Shown here: piece by piece, positions 13,146-25,686 of the stretch
How the letters are laid out: each line of letters starts with the position of its first letter
How positions within the stretch are numbered: the stretch's first letter is position 1
Assembly: GCA_964016885.1 (NCBI GenBank)
Contig: OZ024741.1
Span: forward strand, 96,720,001-96,784,000
Source of the DNA: Eledone cirrhosa
Taxonomy: Eukaryota
Direction of reading: 5' to 3'
DNA length: 64,000 nt
Made by a program: the position numbers and the translations under genes
Notes under the pieces: model-generated
The model's database searches: none
The model's input: only the letters and a program-made list of their open reading frames with translations
What the model was told of the DNA's origin: nothing

Positions 13146-13669
13146 ATTCTGAATGAACTATTTGTATGTACGGGTACGCACTAGAAACAAAAAGATTTAC
13201 AGTGGCGAAATATCAGGAAATCCTGTGACATTTTCGTGTGGTAATTCAGCACAAGACCCTAGTAGTTAAATATCAGTTAATATTCATTTGGCGTAGTTGA
13301 TCCATATTTTCTCTGCTGATGTAGATTTTGACTACTAGTTGTTACCCCAAATGAAGATACTACTGAAAGTTTCCCACTTTGAGCCGAGGTGACATCAATT
13401 TGACTGCAACGATGTAGAACAGAGGCGTTCCGGGAAAAGCAGTCAAGGCGTGCTACAAACTGTGGGAGTATTGCTGCGTTAAGTGCATGGCGGCACAATG
13501 TGTGTCTTTCAAAGAGGATTAGCAATATAACCCCCTAAACGTATATAATGATTTGCTGTCCTACATTCGGATTATGTATATATGTATGTATGTATATATA
13601 CATATACATACGTTCGGATTATGTATATATGTATATTATGTATATATATATATATATATAAACATATAA

Positions 13670-14310
13670 CACAGGGAAAAAACCACCAGTGTATGGAATC
13701 TATAACCTATGAAAGGCAGAATATAGACACGATAATTAAAAATATAAATTAAAGCGTAAATAAATACCTCTATAACTATATAACACACGTTAAAATCCAA
13801 AGTGATCTATTTCGCCAGTGAGTTAACGGAAATGGAATAACCCAGGTTCATAAGCGTGTGTTAGGCTATATATTTCAGACAACACTAAAAGAATTTTTAA
13901 AGCGGCCGTCCAACTACACCTGGGAGAGAGAAGTCACAGCGTGTTTAAGGGCAGTGAACCAGTGGCCTCTGAGGGACGAGCTGCTAGAAAGGGCAGCCCA
14001 AAACCACTCAGAGAAGTGTGCTCAACCAAACAGAGAGAGATTTGTACGTGTGTTATATAGTTATAGAGGTATTTATTTACGCTTTAATTTATATTTTTAA
14101 TTATCGTGTCTATATTCTGCCTTTCATAGGTTATAGATTCCATACACTGGTGGTTTTTCCCTGTGTTATTGATGGCGCGCTGTATCTCTCTCTAGTGTGT
14201 TACATTTTCAACATATTGTATTTTAAAGTGCCCAGGATTTCCTCTCCTTTTGAGCACATTATTTACAGGGAACGGCGAGAGTCTATGGCTCCGTTAATGT
14301 ATCGTGATAT
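13670..14310. mobile_element. Foldback repeat family F, copy B (arms ~13670-13792 and ~14045-14165)
   Basis: Inverted arms around a ~250-bp spacer. Same TATCGTGA|(TA)n terminus as copy A. Confidence 0.75.
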
Positions 14311-14316
14311 ATATAA

Positions 14317-14395
<79 letters not shown>

Positions 14396-14944
14396 CATAC
14401 ATACATACATACATATTTATGTGTGTATATATATATAGCCGTATGTGTGATTGTTGTGTCTGAGTGTATGTGTGTGTGTGTGTCATTGTGTACCTGTGGG
14501 TTTATTTCTGTTTCTGTATGTTTCATTTTGTGTACGTATGCGAGTGGATATAGTAAATGTGGCTGCGTATATACTATAAAAACATTTGACGATAACGATT
14601 AAAGGAACTACCTTATGTAATCCCAATTATAAAAAAATATTACGAATGTATGAAAAGAAATATAAAAAATATAAAGAAATACGAACAATGATCAAAGTAG
14701 CAAAAAGAACTAAACGAACCTCAACATCAATAATAACATTACAAATAAAAATTACATTATGAAACAAAACCAAAAATGAAGCCGATATGAACAAGTATTT
14801 TGCAATATAAAATTTCATTAAACCTTGTCATGCACTACACTCGTATGATATTTTAGTCTCAAACATAAATTCTTCTAAGTTCCATAAGTTCTATACAATG
14901 TGGTGCAATAAAGCCTCGTATTATTAATAGTAAATATAAAATAA

Positions 14945-16416
14945 ATTGCTTTAAGTCGTTTGGAAGCCTCGACAATGCAGATGGGTAAATCTCCGGGTAA
15001 CAAGATCCGGTGTTGAAGAGAGAGATGTAAGTGGGTGTACGTTGAGATGCGTGGCGTGTATAAGACTGTAACGTGTAGAGGAATGAAGCAAAGAGCGTAA
15101 AGGATAAAAATAAAAATAACAACACGAGAAAGAGTTACCTTGGGAGAGATTTAATTGTCCCTATATATTTCGGATTCACATCCATCAACTGGGTTTTTTT
15201 CCTGGGGGGGAGGTTGTCTGTCGGAAAGGTGCGAAACGTATCCTCCGCTGTTCGTTGTTTTGAATATCTGAGGAATTCAGCAGAGCGCGCGTGCGCGTGA
15301 AATGGAGTCGGTCAGGCAGAGGTCAGCGGCTGAAGTAGTTCTTTCAATTGTGGGAGTGGGGTGGCGCTAGCTGTCAGTCCATTCTCTGCCTGTTTGGTGA
15401 ATGTTACTGTGTGTGTTTGTGCGCGCGCGCGTGTGTTGTCTCGCTTGAGTGTGTGTGTGTGCGTGTGTTGTTGCCTTGTTCCTCTGTATTGGCAGTGTAG
15501 TATGTTCGTATGGTGGAATACTACTGTGTGTGTGTGTGCGTCTGTTGCTGCATCGTTTGTTAACTTAAACCAACTACCTCATTTCGCTTCTCTCGGATCG
15601 GTTGTTTAATTGTGACCCTAGGCGTTTGATCCAAAGTGCTTCCTTGATACGTAACGTGCCGACGTTTCTTTCTGTCGCTAGAATTGTGACAATAGGCCTT
15701 CCGTCTTTGTTTCCGCATTTGGCTATGTGTTTCCGGAAAGGCGAGGCCCTGGTTTTAGTGTGTTCCTTGATCCGGATGTGCAACGGCCGGATTGTGCTAC
15801 CTATATAGTATTGGTTGCACTTGTTACATTCTATCTTATGCACGACGTATGTGCGTAGGCAACAGTTCGCATGGCGCATCGGGCAGTCTCTGGGGGAGCA
15901 CGCGTCAGTTGATTTCCCAGGTTTCCTGGAGAGGCATCTTCGCATGGAGGGGCCCGAGTGGGCCAGGTCGATGCCGAGGCCCTCCCTCCGTATAGCCTTG
16001 CGGATAGCGTTGGTGGTATTCTCGCCCAGGTGTGGCATTTTAAGGAAGCACTTGCCTTGGGTGCCTCTCTGTCTCTTGTTTCTGGTCTCTTCTAATCTGT
16101 CTGTGAGCGAGGTAGGGTACCCGTTCGTCTCCAGCACCTCCAGGAATCGCTTGGTATGAGTGACACAACTCGCGGGATCGCTGCATCTGTATTTGATTCG
16201 CGCGATCTCGTTCGTGGTATCCTCTTTTGGCACTGTTAGGGAGGGCGGACTTGTAGTGGACGAACAGGTCCCTGCAGGCTGCTTTTCGGTAGAAGTTGCA
16301 GTGGATCCCTCCCTGTTCCGTGATGTTGATTCGGAAGTCGAGGAGGGCAAGTGACCCGTCGTCGTTGGAGTGTTCAACACTGAAGTCAATGTTCTCGTCC
16401 GTGTTGTTGAACGTCT
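14945..16416 (-). mobile_element. 5'-truncated Penelope-like element (RT thumb, Cys linker, GIY-YIG, pLTR)
   Basis: ORF 15574-16458 contains VVHKIECNKCNQYYIGSTIRPLHIRIKEH...IKEALWIKRLGSQLN. An alternative frame gives FSVEHSNDDGSLALLDFRI..FYRK. Downstream region has a degenerate hammerhead. Confidence 0.85.
15574..16416 (-). pseudogene. PLE RT-thumb/GIY-YIG endonuclease coding remnant
   Basis: GIY-YIG motifs as above. Frameshift near 16215. Confidence 0.8.
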
Positions 16417-16750
16417 AAAATAAATATTTCTGTCTATCAAGATTTTCAAAGACCTCAATGAAATAGAGTATAAATAATTTAATTTGCAGACCAGTAATAT
16501 ATAAACCGATATTATTTAAGTGATATTATATTTGAATAATGAAGGGAAGGGCATATGTGATATTAACAACATACATACATACATGTATACTTAGATACAT
16601 AATGCATATATACATATATACATATATATAAATTATGCGCACACAAGCCTAAATTACAGTAATGTATATCATTATAGACAGGTAAATACAAAGAACACAA
16701 ACATAGACACAATACATCAAGAAATATAAATTTACAATCACAGGGCACTT

Positions 16751-16875
16751 GCCATTCTGAGTTAAAATCCCGCCGAGGTTAACTTTGCCTTTTATCCTTA
16801 CGAGGTCGATAAAATAAAGTACCAGTAATGCACTGGGTAATTACTGGCCTTTTCTCAAAAGTAGAAACAATTATT
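16751..16875 (+). mobile_element. SINE family A, 5'-truncated
   Basis: TTCTGAGTTAAAATCCCGCCGAGGTTAAC...GTAGAAACAATTATT. Confidence 0.8.
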
Positions 16876-17350
16876 ACTACCCTCTTACTTGACGAGAAAC
16901 TTCTTTCAATATCCGTCCCTAAAATCTAAGCTAGAATAGAATTTGAAACCTTAGTTTGTATGCAGCTATATTGAAAACTTATGTATAATATACTTCAACT
17001 CCGATCATTGAGCGCTCATTTTCTATTATTTAATCTACGCATATATGTGTGTATGTGTATATGTGTGTATATGTATATGTGTATGTGTGTATGTGTGTAT
17101 GTGTATATGCATGTATGTCTGTCTATATATATGTATATGTACGGATGTATGTATGTATGTAGTTTGAATTTCAAAATTAGGATGTTAGATAAAATGAGAA
17201 TATCATAAACAACTCACGTGGGTCATATAACGCAGGATATAGAAAACTTGGAGTAGATAAGCACATGGAAACTTGGACAATTTCCCCTCGTCGACCGCCT
17301 TGTGCAATCATCGTTTCGAATCGATTTATAATTATATATATATATATATA

Positions 17351-17855
17351 TCACGATAAATTAACGGAGCCATAGACTCTCGCTATTCCCTGTCAATAAT
17401 GTGCTCGAAGGAAAAGGAATCCTAAGCTCTTTAAAATACAATATGTTGAAAAGGTAACACACTAGAGAGAGATAGTGCGCCATCAATAAAACAGGGAAAA
17501 AAACCATCATATGAAATCTATAACCCATGAAAGGCAGGGGAGACACACAATAATTAAAAATATAAATTAAAATGTGTATACATACCTCTATAACTACACA
17601 CACGTACAACTCGAAAGAGATCTGTTTCGCCAAGAAGTTGTTGACTGAAACGGAATAGCCCATGGTTCATCAACGTGTGTAAGGCCATACATTTCAGACA
17701 ACTCCAAGAGAATTAGAGGTATGTATACACATTTTAATTTATATTTTGAATTATTGTGTGTCTACCCTGCCTTTCATAGGTTATAGATTCCATACACTGG
17801 TGGTTTTTTCCCTGTTTTATTGATGGCACACTATCTCTTTCTAGTGTGTTACCTT
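17351..17855. mobile_element. Foldback repeat family F, copy C (opposite orientation)
   Basis: (TA)n|TCACGATAAATTAACGGAGCC start. Inverted arms ~17455-17590 and ~17715-17855. Confidence 0.75.
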
Positions 17856-18654
17856 TTATGAAGACAAGAGTGACAACGGAACTAAAAGAAATCTGCATAA
17901 AATTAGCAGTTGAAAATTGCGAACAAATATCGTCCACACCCTGTTTGCATTCGTTAGCTTGGCCGCAAACTAAAGCTTCGTTAATGCTGTACTAGAATGT
18001 GTATTTTACTCCTAGAAGTAACGATTAACTGATTAATTTAATTAGACGATTCTATTGATTGATTAATTGTTTATGTTTGTTTGGTAACTTCCGGTTGAGT
18101 GCTTAATTCGGTTTGTCTAAAGGAATTCATTCCTTTGTCTCAAATTGGAATTCACCGCCAAAGCGGGGGTTACCTCCCTTGGAGAAAACCACGTCTCTAT
18201 AGCGAAATGTAATGCTAGAGCATACCTGCGGAGGCTAAAAAGAACACAAGACTTGCTAAGGAAGGAAATCCTTTGTTCTGTCGTCAAAAACCATTAAATT
18301 GCAGACTCCTCCAAGCAGAATTTGTCGATCTTGGATTTGCAGAAACCTAGCGCTGATGTTGTGTGCTGTATGTGATGTATATTGTATGCTATACGATATG
18401 CATTATATATTTTGCATTCAGCCTCACCGTTTTGTCCAGGTCAGTCTAAAATATTTTGCTGAGTGCTGTACTTTCGTTGCTCTAGTGATGCGGCTGGACT
18501 GCCGATCGCTATATTTGATTTGTTAAGCTGTCTAAACGTATTGTTATTACTCTGGGGTACTTTTCCCCATCCGAGTGCTAAAGCTACAGACCGAATTTAC
18601 ATTCGTTAGCTTGGCCGCAAACTAAATCTTCGTTAATGCTCTACTAAAATTATA

Positions 18655-18704
<50 letters not shown>

Positions 18705-19585
18705 ATTCGAAACATCCTCAATAAGAATAACGTCAATATTTCTTATTTTACTACACCTAATCTAGCCGACCTCATAGCAATAAGCAACCACAGTAAGCTC
18801 ACTAGAATACAATATGCCTGTAATGAGAACTTTAGGGAATATGAAAACTCAGTCAACCTTAACAATTCTGTTGCCCTGCACGATAACGATATTATTAACC
18901 AGGACAGGTGTCTTAGTATTAGCAGTAGCATACGCAATAATGCCACCTTAGAAATTAATTGCACCGCCAGTAGTGTGACCGACGACAGGGTTAGAAACCA
19001 TCGCAGCTATTAGAACGGCTATAGAAGACGCTATAACATGAAAATAGAAATAACACTATTTCGCATGATTATAACTATAATAACGCCAACCAAAACAATG
19101 GCAGCTATGGTGATGGTGATAATAATAGTAATGGGTTTAACACCAGCCCTCGCCACTTTAGAGGTGACAACAAAAAACATTGCAACTGTCGTAACCCTGT
19201 CAACTGTCCACTCCGAGGCTATAGATGCACAGTTACAAGTTTTAATAGTGTTACGTCTTACATAGGAGCTACTTCTGGGGCGTTCAAGACTAGATTTCGA
19301 GTGCATCTCCACTCTTTTAGGAATAGGAAACTTAGATACTCCACTTCCCTCGCTAATTATATTATCCAATTAACCGACTTTACCATTAGCTACACTACTC
19401 AATGGGAAATTGTGAACGAAGCAACACCATATAATTTCGAAAAAAGCTGCCAACTCTGCCTAATGGAACTGTATTATATAGTGCAAGCACCCCAGGAACT
19501 AGTATATAGTCGGGCCGAAACTGTCATCAATTGCGGCCACAGACTACAACAATCATTCTACAGATGGACCCCAGCAACTGAATAA
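18705..19585 (+). mobile_element. 5'-truncated Penelope-like element, GIY-YIG region with Asn-rich linker
   Basis: NILNKNNVNISYFTTPNL, then open frame 19037-19585: HCNCRNPVNCPLRG..SYIGATSGAFKTRFRVHLHSF..QWEIV..CQLCLMELYYI..RAETVINCGHR. The 3' region probably extends to ~20190. Confidence 0.8.
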
Positions 19586-20186
19586 CCACTGTAATACCTG
19601 AGACTCTCAACACCGCACCCCGGCCTGATTTACTGGCGGTAAACTTACTATTAAACAACGTGGAATAACACCATCATCCACCCACTGTTTTCTCACCAGA
19701 AAGCTGCACAGCGTATATTCAGTCCGGCCTACACCACTATATTTTTCCTCTTCGCCAGACCGGGTATTGGGTCATCTTACAAACCTGCTGCCTAAACCGG
19801 AATAACATTTTAGACAATTGATCATATGAACATACAACTTCGATCTAAATTGACATTATTTTTCTAGGACTCCAAATCGCACCCAACGTGCCCCCTTGCA
19901 TTAGGTATACCTGTGTGTAGTTTTTAAAGACTTTACTAATAGACTATCATATACACACCTTAACACGGCTTCATTTATAGTTGACCAACCCTGCATATAT
20001 TAATTCCTTTTAAATAATAAAACCTTTTTTTTCCATAGCTGGTACTGGTCATAAGTTAGACATAAACTTTATACTTGCACCGTAATTACCTCCCTTAGCA
20101 AACTATATCCTTTCACCGTGTTTATACCTTTAACATTTAAATTAAATATGCATGGCGATGTATAACTATTATTTTAACCTCTTACG

Positions 20187-20227
<41 letters not shown>

Positions 20228-20228
20228 T

Positions 20229-20411
<183 letters not shown>

Positions 20412-20837
20412 TTACAACACATACAACGGCATAGACATTTTACATTCCATAGAACATGAATCTGTCCAGAGGCAAGGTGTATGGTGGTTAATCTGCCATC
20501 AACATAACTAACTGACACAAATTGAAATGTTCAGACAGATAGTGGCGAAAATGCAGAGCGACAGGGTGCAGGAAGTAATCATAGAGAGCTGCTTTCATTT
20601 GTAGCAGGAGAAATTCGATTGGTAATGTCTTACTGAAGCTAATGGACGTCAAAATTTAATTGTTCTACTTAAATATAGAGATTGGTCAATTAAAATCCTA
20701 GCAACTAAACTGAACACTGACAACCAACAGAAATGCTATTGTTATAATCTTTTTATGTATGTATGTATGTATGTATGTATGTATGTATGTATGTATGTAT
20801 GTATGTATGTATGGATATATGCATGCATGTATGTATG

Positions 20838-21513
20838 TATGAAAGACGCTAACATCTCTGCTGATACATGGGAAAATGTTGCTGCTGATCGTAATAAATG
20901 GAGAAAGACTGTATATGAGGGAAAGTTGCCTTTGAGGTATCTCGAATCGCATACGAGAAAGTAAAGCGGGATGTGAGGAAGGTCATTGCTGTTGCACTTC
21001 CAGACGGCGAAGGTCCTCCTATGGTGCTGACATGCAGCGTCTGTGCGACACTCTGCCTAAGCAAAGCTGGACTCGAAAGTCTTCTTTGCAGTCATAAAGT
21101 AAGACCATTGGTTGACTACCAGGCTTCTGTTGGATATGCTACTCATCATGATTGCCAAGCATGTGGTAGAGAATGTAAATCAACAGGAAGGCTTAAACGA
21201 CATGCAAAAGTACATGAACTCCAACCACAGCCGGCTATTCCCAGTGAATATTTTGGTTGGCGACTCTGTGCAAGACATTTTAGATCATTGGCTGGGCTAA
21301 AAAGCCACATTCGATCGCAGCGCTGTTAAATGCTATCGTGTGTGTATATATATGTTTGTGTATGTGTGTATATATATGTATATCATTATTGTTGTTGTTG
21401 TCGTTATTATTATTGTTGTCATTATTATTATTATTGTTATTATTATGTATGTTTTTTTGTTTTGTTTTTCTCTCGTGCAATGGCCATAATTGATGACGAG
21501 GGGGCAGCCATCA
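20838..21513 (+). mobile_element. 3' end of RTE-clade LINE with tandem C2H2-like zinc fingers, in (TATG)n
   Basis: [28 protein letters not shown], then CSVCATLCLSKAGL, CQACGRECKSTGRLKRHAKVH and CARHFRSLAGLKSHIRS. 3' end TGGCCATAATTGATGACGAGGGGGCAGCCATCA-(TGTA)n. Confidence 0.8.
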
Positions 21514-21555
21514 TGTATGTATGGATATATGCATGCATGCATGTATGTATGTATG

Positions 21556-24500
21556 TTCTTCTGGTTTTATAATTTCACAAAGTTTTACCAATAGAGACAG
21601 AGTCGGTTTCTAACATAGGCACAAGACTCTCTCATTGGAATTTACACAAAATCAACTAGGTAGATATGTATGCATGCATGTGTAGATATGAATGTTATTG
21701 TATATGTGTATGTGTATGTTTTGAGTTGTATGAGTCCATGTGTATATGCTTTGCATATGTACATGTGTATATGCAGTTATTAGATGTAAAACTTTTGGAA
21801 TGTTTTACATATTTTTACTGTTCCATTAATGGATTGTACTTGTAATTTCCTAACTAGTTGTGTTCTTTCTGTTCCTGTGAATCCTAGCTTCTCAAGATTT
21901 GTATTGAGGCAGTTACTAACATACCCGAGTGCCCCAATAATCACAGGCATAAATCAGAAGGTGTAATCAAGGTGGAGTATCTGCAGATTTCTCATCAGTT
22001 CTGCATAATTATTCTCCTTTACAATATTCTTTGATATTATATTAGCATCTGCTGGGCAGCTAATTTCCACTACTGTGCATGCTTTCTTCTCCCTGTCCCA
22101 TATCATAATATCTGGTCTGTTATGCCTGCATTTTAATGGGGTTTTTACTGGAACATTCCACCAGTACTCTTTCATATTACATCGATGTCTTCCATATTGC
22201 TGTAGCTTTTAATGTGTTTATTATCGTGGCTATCTTTTTTACGAACTGCATTGTACAATGTTTTGTCCACTACATCATGCCTCATAGGCAGATAGTACCG
22301 CGATGACATCTTTGGGCAGCTGCTGATGACATGGGTGATATCCTCGATGTTAGTTCTGCAGAATCTGCACTTGTTATCACATCTAGGTGTTTTGCCTGCA
22401 TCCCTATCTCTTTTGTGAATCAGGTATTTCATGTTAATCTCCTGTTCTTGGATTGCAAAAGAGTATCCTTCAAAGTGGAGCCAATATAGCGGTTGTTGGT
22501 CCAAGATAGACTACTTTCCTTATCTATATTACTCTCACTCTGGAGCTTCCTGGCAACATATCCATGCAAGATTTTTTGCTGATAAGCATGCAGTTTTTCA
22601 TCCATGGATTCACTGCGATACTGCTGAGCGACATCCCTGGCTGTGAGTTTTCGATTATCACACAGGGAATATCTCTCGAGGAGTTCCTTCCCAAATCTCA
22701 TGATCTTATCTGTTTCATGCAGATAGACTTGCTCGAGAAACAGGCTCCTACGCTTCGAGGTTCATAGATTTTGTCGGAGAGATATGATGCGACATTCAAA
22801 TGTTGTCCGGACTGATGTTAGGCCTCTGCCTCTCTATTTACGTTTCAAGTAAAGGCGGTCTATGTCACTGTTGATGTGGAAGTTTCCGGTGTTGTTCAGT
22901 ATTTTTCGAGTTCCAACATCAACGGCTCGGATTTCGTCTATCGTCCAATTGAGTATTCCAAACGCTGGTGTTAGGACAGGCACAGCAAACACATTGTGAG
23001 CCACTGTTTTGTTTTGCGCAGAGAGTTCCGATGACCAGATCTTTATTAATCGGGTGTAATATTCCCTGGTTACACGTTCTTTATTACATATACCATTATA
23101 GGATATGTTCTCATCTATCCCCAGATATCTGTAGCAGTCCTCATCAGATATCGGTGAAACAGTTAGGCCATTGATGACAATGTTACTAGATTGGGTTGTT
23201 GTTTTTCCCCACTTTACAGTCATGTATGAGCATTTATCTTGGCCAAACTCCATTCCTATATCCTTTGAGAACGTTGTAACCAGGTCAAGATTTTTCTTCA
23301 TCCTATCCATGTCCTTGGCATAGAGTTTCAGATCGTCCACAAAGAAATTATGGGTTAGGTTCGTATTTCTGTACTCCTGTGAGCCCTCACATTTCTTGAG
23401 CAGAAAGGACAAGGGGTTTAATGGAAATATGAATAATATCACAGAGAGACTGTCCCCCTGAAATATACCCCTGCAATATTTTATTTTATCAGTGAAAATA
23501 GAGTCCTCCCTCTCTGTCTTTAACCTTAGGATAGTAGCCCAAGAAGAAGACAGCCTCTCTATGGCTCTGACAATAATATTGGGACTTTAGCAAGTTGGAG
23601 GGTCTCTCTCATCCAAGAGTGGGGAACAGAATCGAAAGCTTTCCTGTAGTCCAGCCAGACTGTAGCCATATTCCTCCTAAGTTGTCGCGCCTCCGACATC
23701 GCAGTTTTGTTGATTAGGAGTTGTTCAGCACATCCCCAAAGCCCTTTCTTTCCAGCTGCTTATTTATCTGTGATGATGTTATTATTTTCACAGTGATCTT
23801 GGAGGAATAGGTTCAGGCAGGCTGTATACATCTTATACATGAGGTTCTGGCATGCAATGGGTCGGTAGTTTTTTGCCAAGTGGGTGTCTTTATTCCCGGG
23901 GACCAGTAATGTTTGTGCTAATGTCAACCATTCTGGTATAAGTCTATCTCTCTTAAGAACTTGTTGGTAGAGATCAGTAAGATACCTCCGATAGAATATC
24001 AGTTTTTTGTACCAGTAGCCGACGATCATGTCTCTTCCTGGTGTTTTCTTATCTTGGAGTTTTCCTATCACAGTCTCTTATTTCGTATGTTTTTGTTGTA
24101 GTATAGGAGCAATAGTTCTTTCGGATTTCTCTCAGCCACACTGCATCTTGGTTGAAATTCTTCTTTTCACCCCATATTTTGCTCCAAAAGGAATCTATGT
24201 CTCTCAGTGACACTTATTATTTTGCCCTTCATATCTCTATAGACTGATGTTTGGTTTCGTCTGAATCTTTTATTAATCACCTTTCTCTCATCTACCTTAT
24301 TCAGGTATCAGCGTTTTTCGCTAACAGCTCTCAATTCTTGTTTCAGGGTGATCAGCTTATATTGGAAAGTTCTGGTTCTACTGTTACCAAACATTGTCTC
24401 TATTTTATTTTCACTCTTTGTTGGTGAGGAATGAGGTTTTTTTGGTGTTTGTTTGCATGTAAGGAGCATTGTCACATATCCTATGTTTTTTCGTAGGTCA

Positions 24501-25652
24501 GCAATCTTTTTTCCTATTTTAGTTATATATGATGGTATTTTTGGTGCTGTTCTGTTCTTGTTAATATCTCAGCTATCACCAAGATAATGCTTCACTGCCG
24601 TTGCTAAGGCATATAAACAGGCGTTGATTTGCCAAATTGTTGTGGTTTTTATCCGTCGTAAATATTCATCCCCTATTTCGTCAATAACACGTAATATTTC
24701 ATTATTTTTATTTATTTTTTTATTTATTTATTTTTTTATTTTTTATAAACATTGTCGTTTTAATACGTTCAACAATATTTATACATGAATTAATTTCTCC
24801 CTGGAAGATTTCGTTGAGGGCAAATTTCAGTTGTTTATACTTTTGATTATTATCATTATCGATAGTATTTTCCTCAATAGTCGAGATAGACTCGGATGGT
24901 ACATGTGGTGTCAAATTTCTTCGATTATTATTATTATTTCTTCGATTTTTATTATTATCGATGGTGTTTTCCTCAGCATTCGAGGTAGACTTAGATGGTA
25001 CAAGTGGTGTCAAGTTTTTACAGGCATAGTTGTTTCAAGGCGCTGTTCGACCTGGCTGCTAGGAAGTCTAGTAGCATGGCGACCTGTAGCACGTATTGTT
25101 GATGACATATTTGTTGTGGGGGACTTACAATTAATAATATTTATCTTATTTTTACGTTCAACAAACGTCGCTTGTTGGCGTAATTGTTTCGCTGTGAAAT
25201 AATTTAGCTCTGGGTGCATTTCGTCCCAGTGTAGCTTCATTCTGTTCATATAGCCAATGGAGGGATTTTTTTGCCATTTTATAACAATTAAATAAATCAT
25301 TATTAAGTTCGCAACTCCAAGAGAAATGCAATTTATAATTTCGGTATCTTCTGTAGCTACAACTGAATAAAATTTGTTTGCCATCCTTGTAATTTTTCTT
25401 CGGTACTTCCTTAATTTTGTTGTTGATGTTGTGTTCAACCATGCTGTATGTAGCAAATCCTTGTAAAATGAATTATGTATTTAGTCGGATATCTCTAGGA
25501 ATTCGAATAAAAGGTGTCTTCAGAATATATAGTTAGAAGAATAACCAGTTATTCAACATGACTGTAGTTGTGGCTTTACTGTCGAAGATAGTATTTATCT
25601 TAAATTTAATAAATAGTCTCCCACGCCAAAATATGCGACTGATCGCTTTGAC
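21556..25652 (-). mobile_element. Full-length decayed R4/Dong-clade non-LTR retrotransposon (RT, CCHC, RLE)
   Basis: KTPGRDMIVGYWYKK, NYRPIACQN, LDYRKAFDSVPH, GIFQGDSLS, FFVDDLKLY, YRYLGI, DIDRLY, CRFC..HVISSC..RHD, RPDI, VVEISCP. Many stops and frameshifts. (TATG)n flanks. Confidence 0.9.
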
Positions 25653-25686
25653 TGTATGTATGACTGTATGTATGACTGTATGTATA

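Noticed and set aside
13330-13530. Cys-rich stretch suggesting a piggyBac C-terminal domain or host exon
   Set aside because: Short, frameshifted, no TTAA/TIR or splice context that can be supported.
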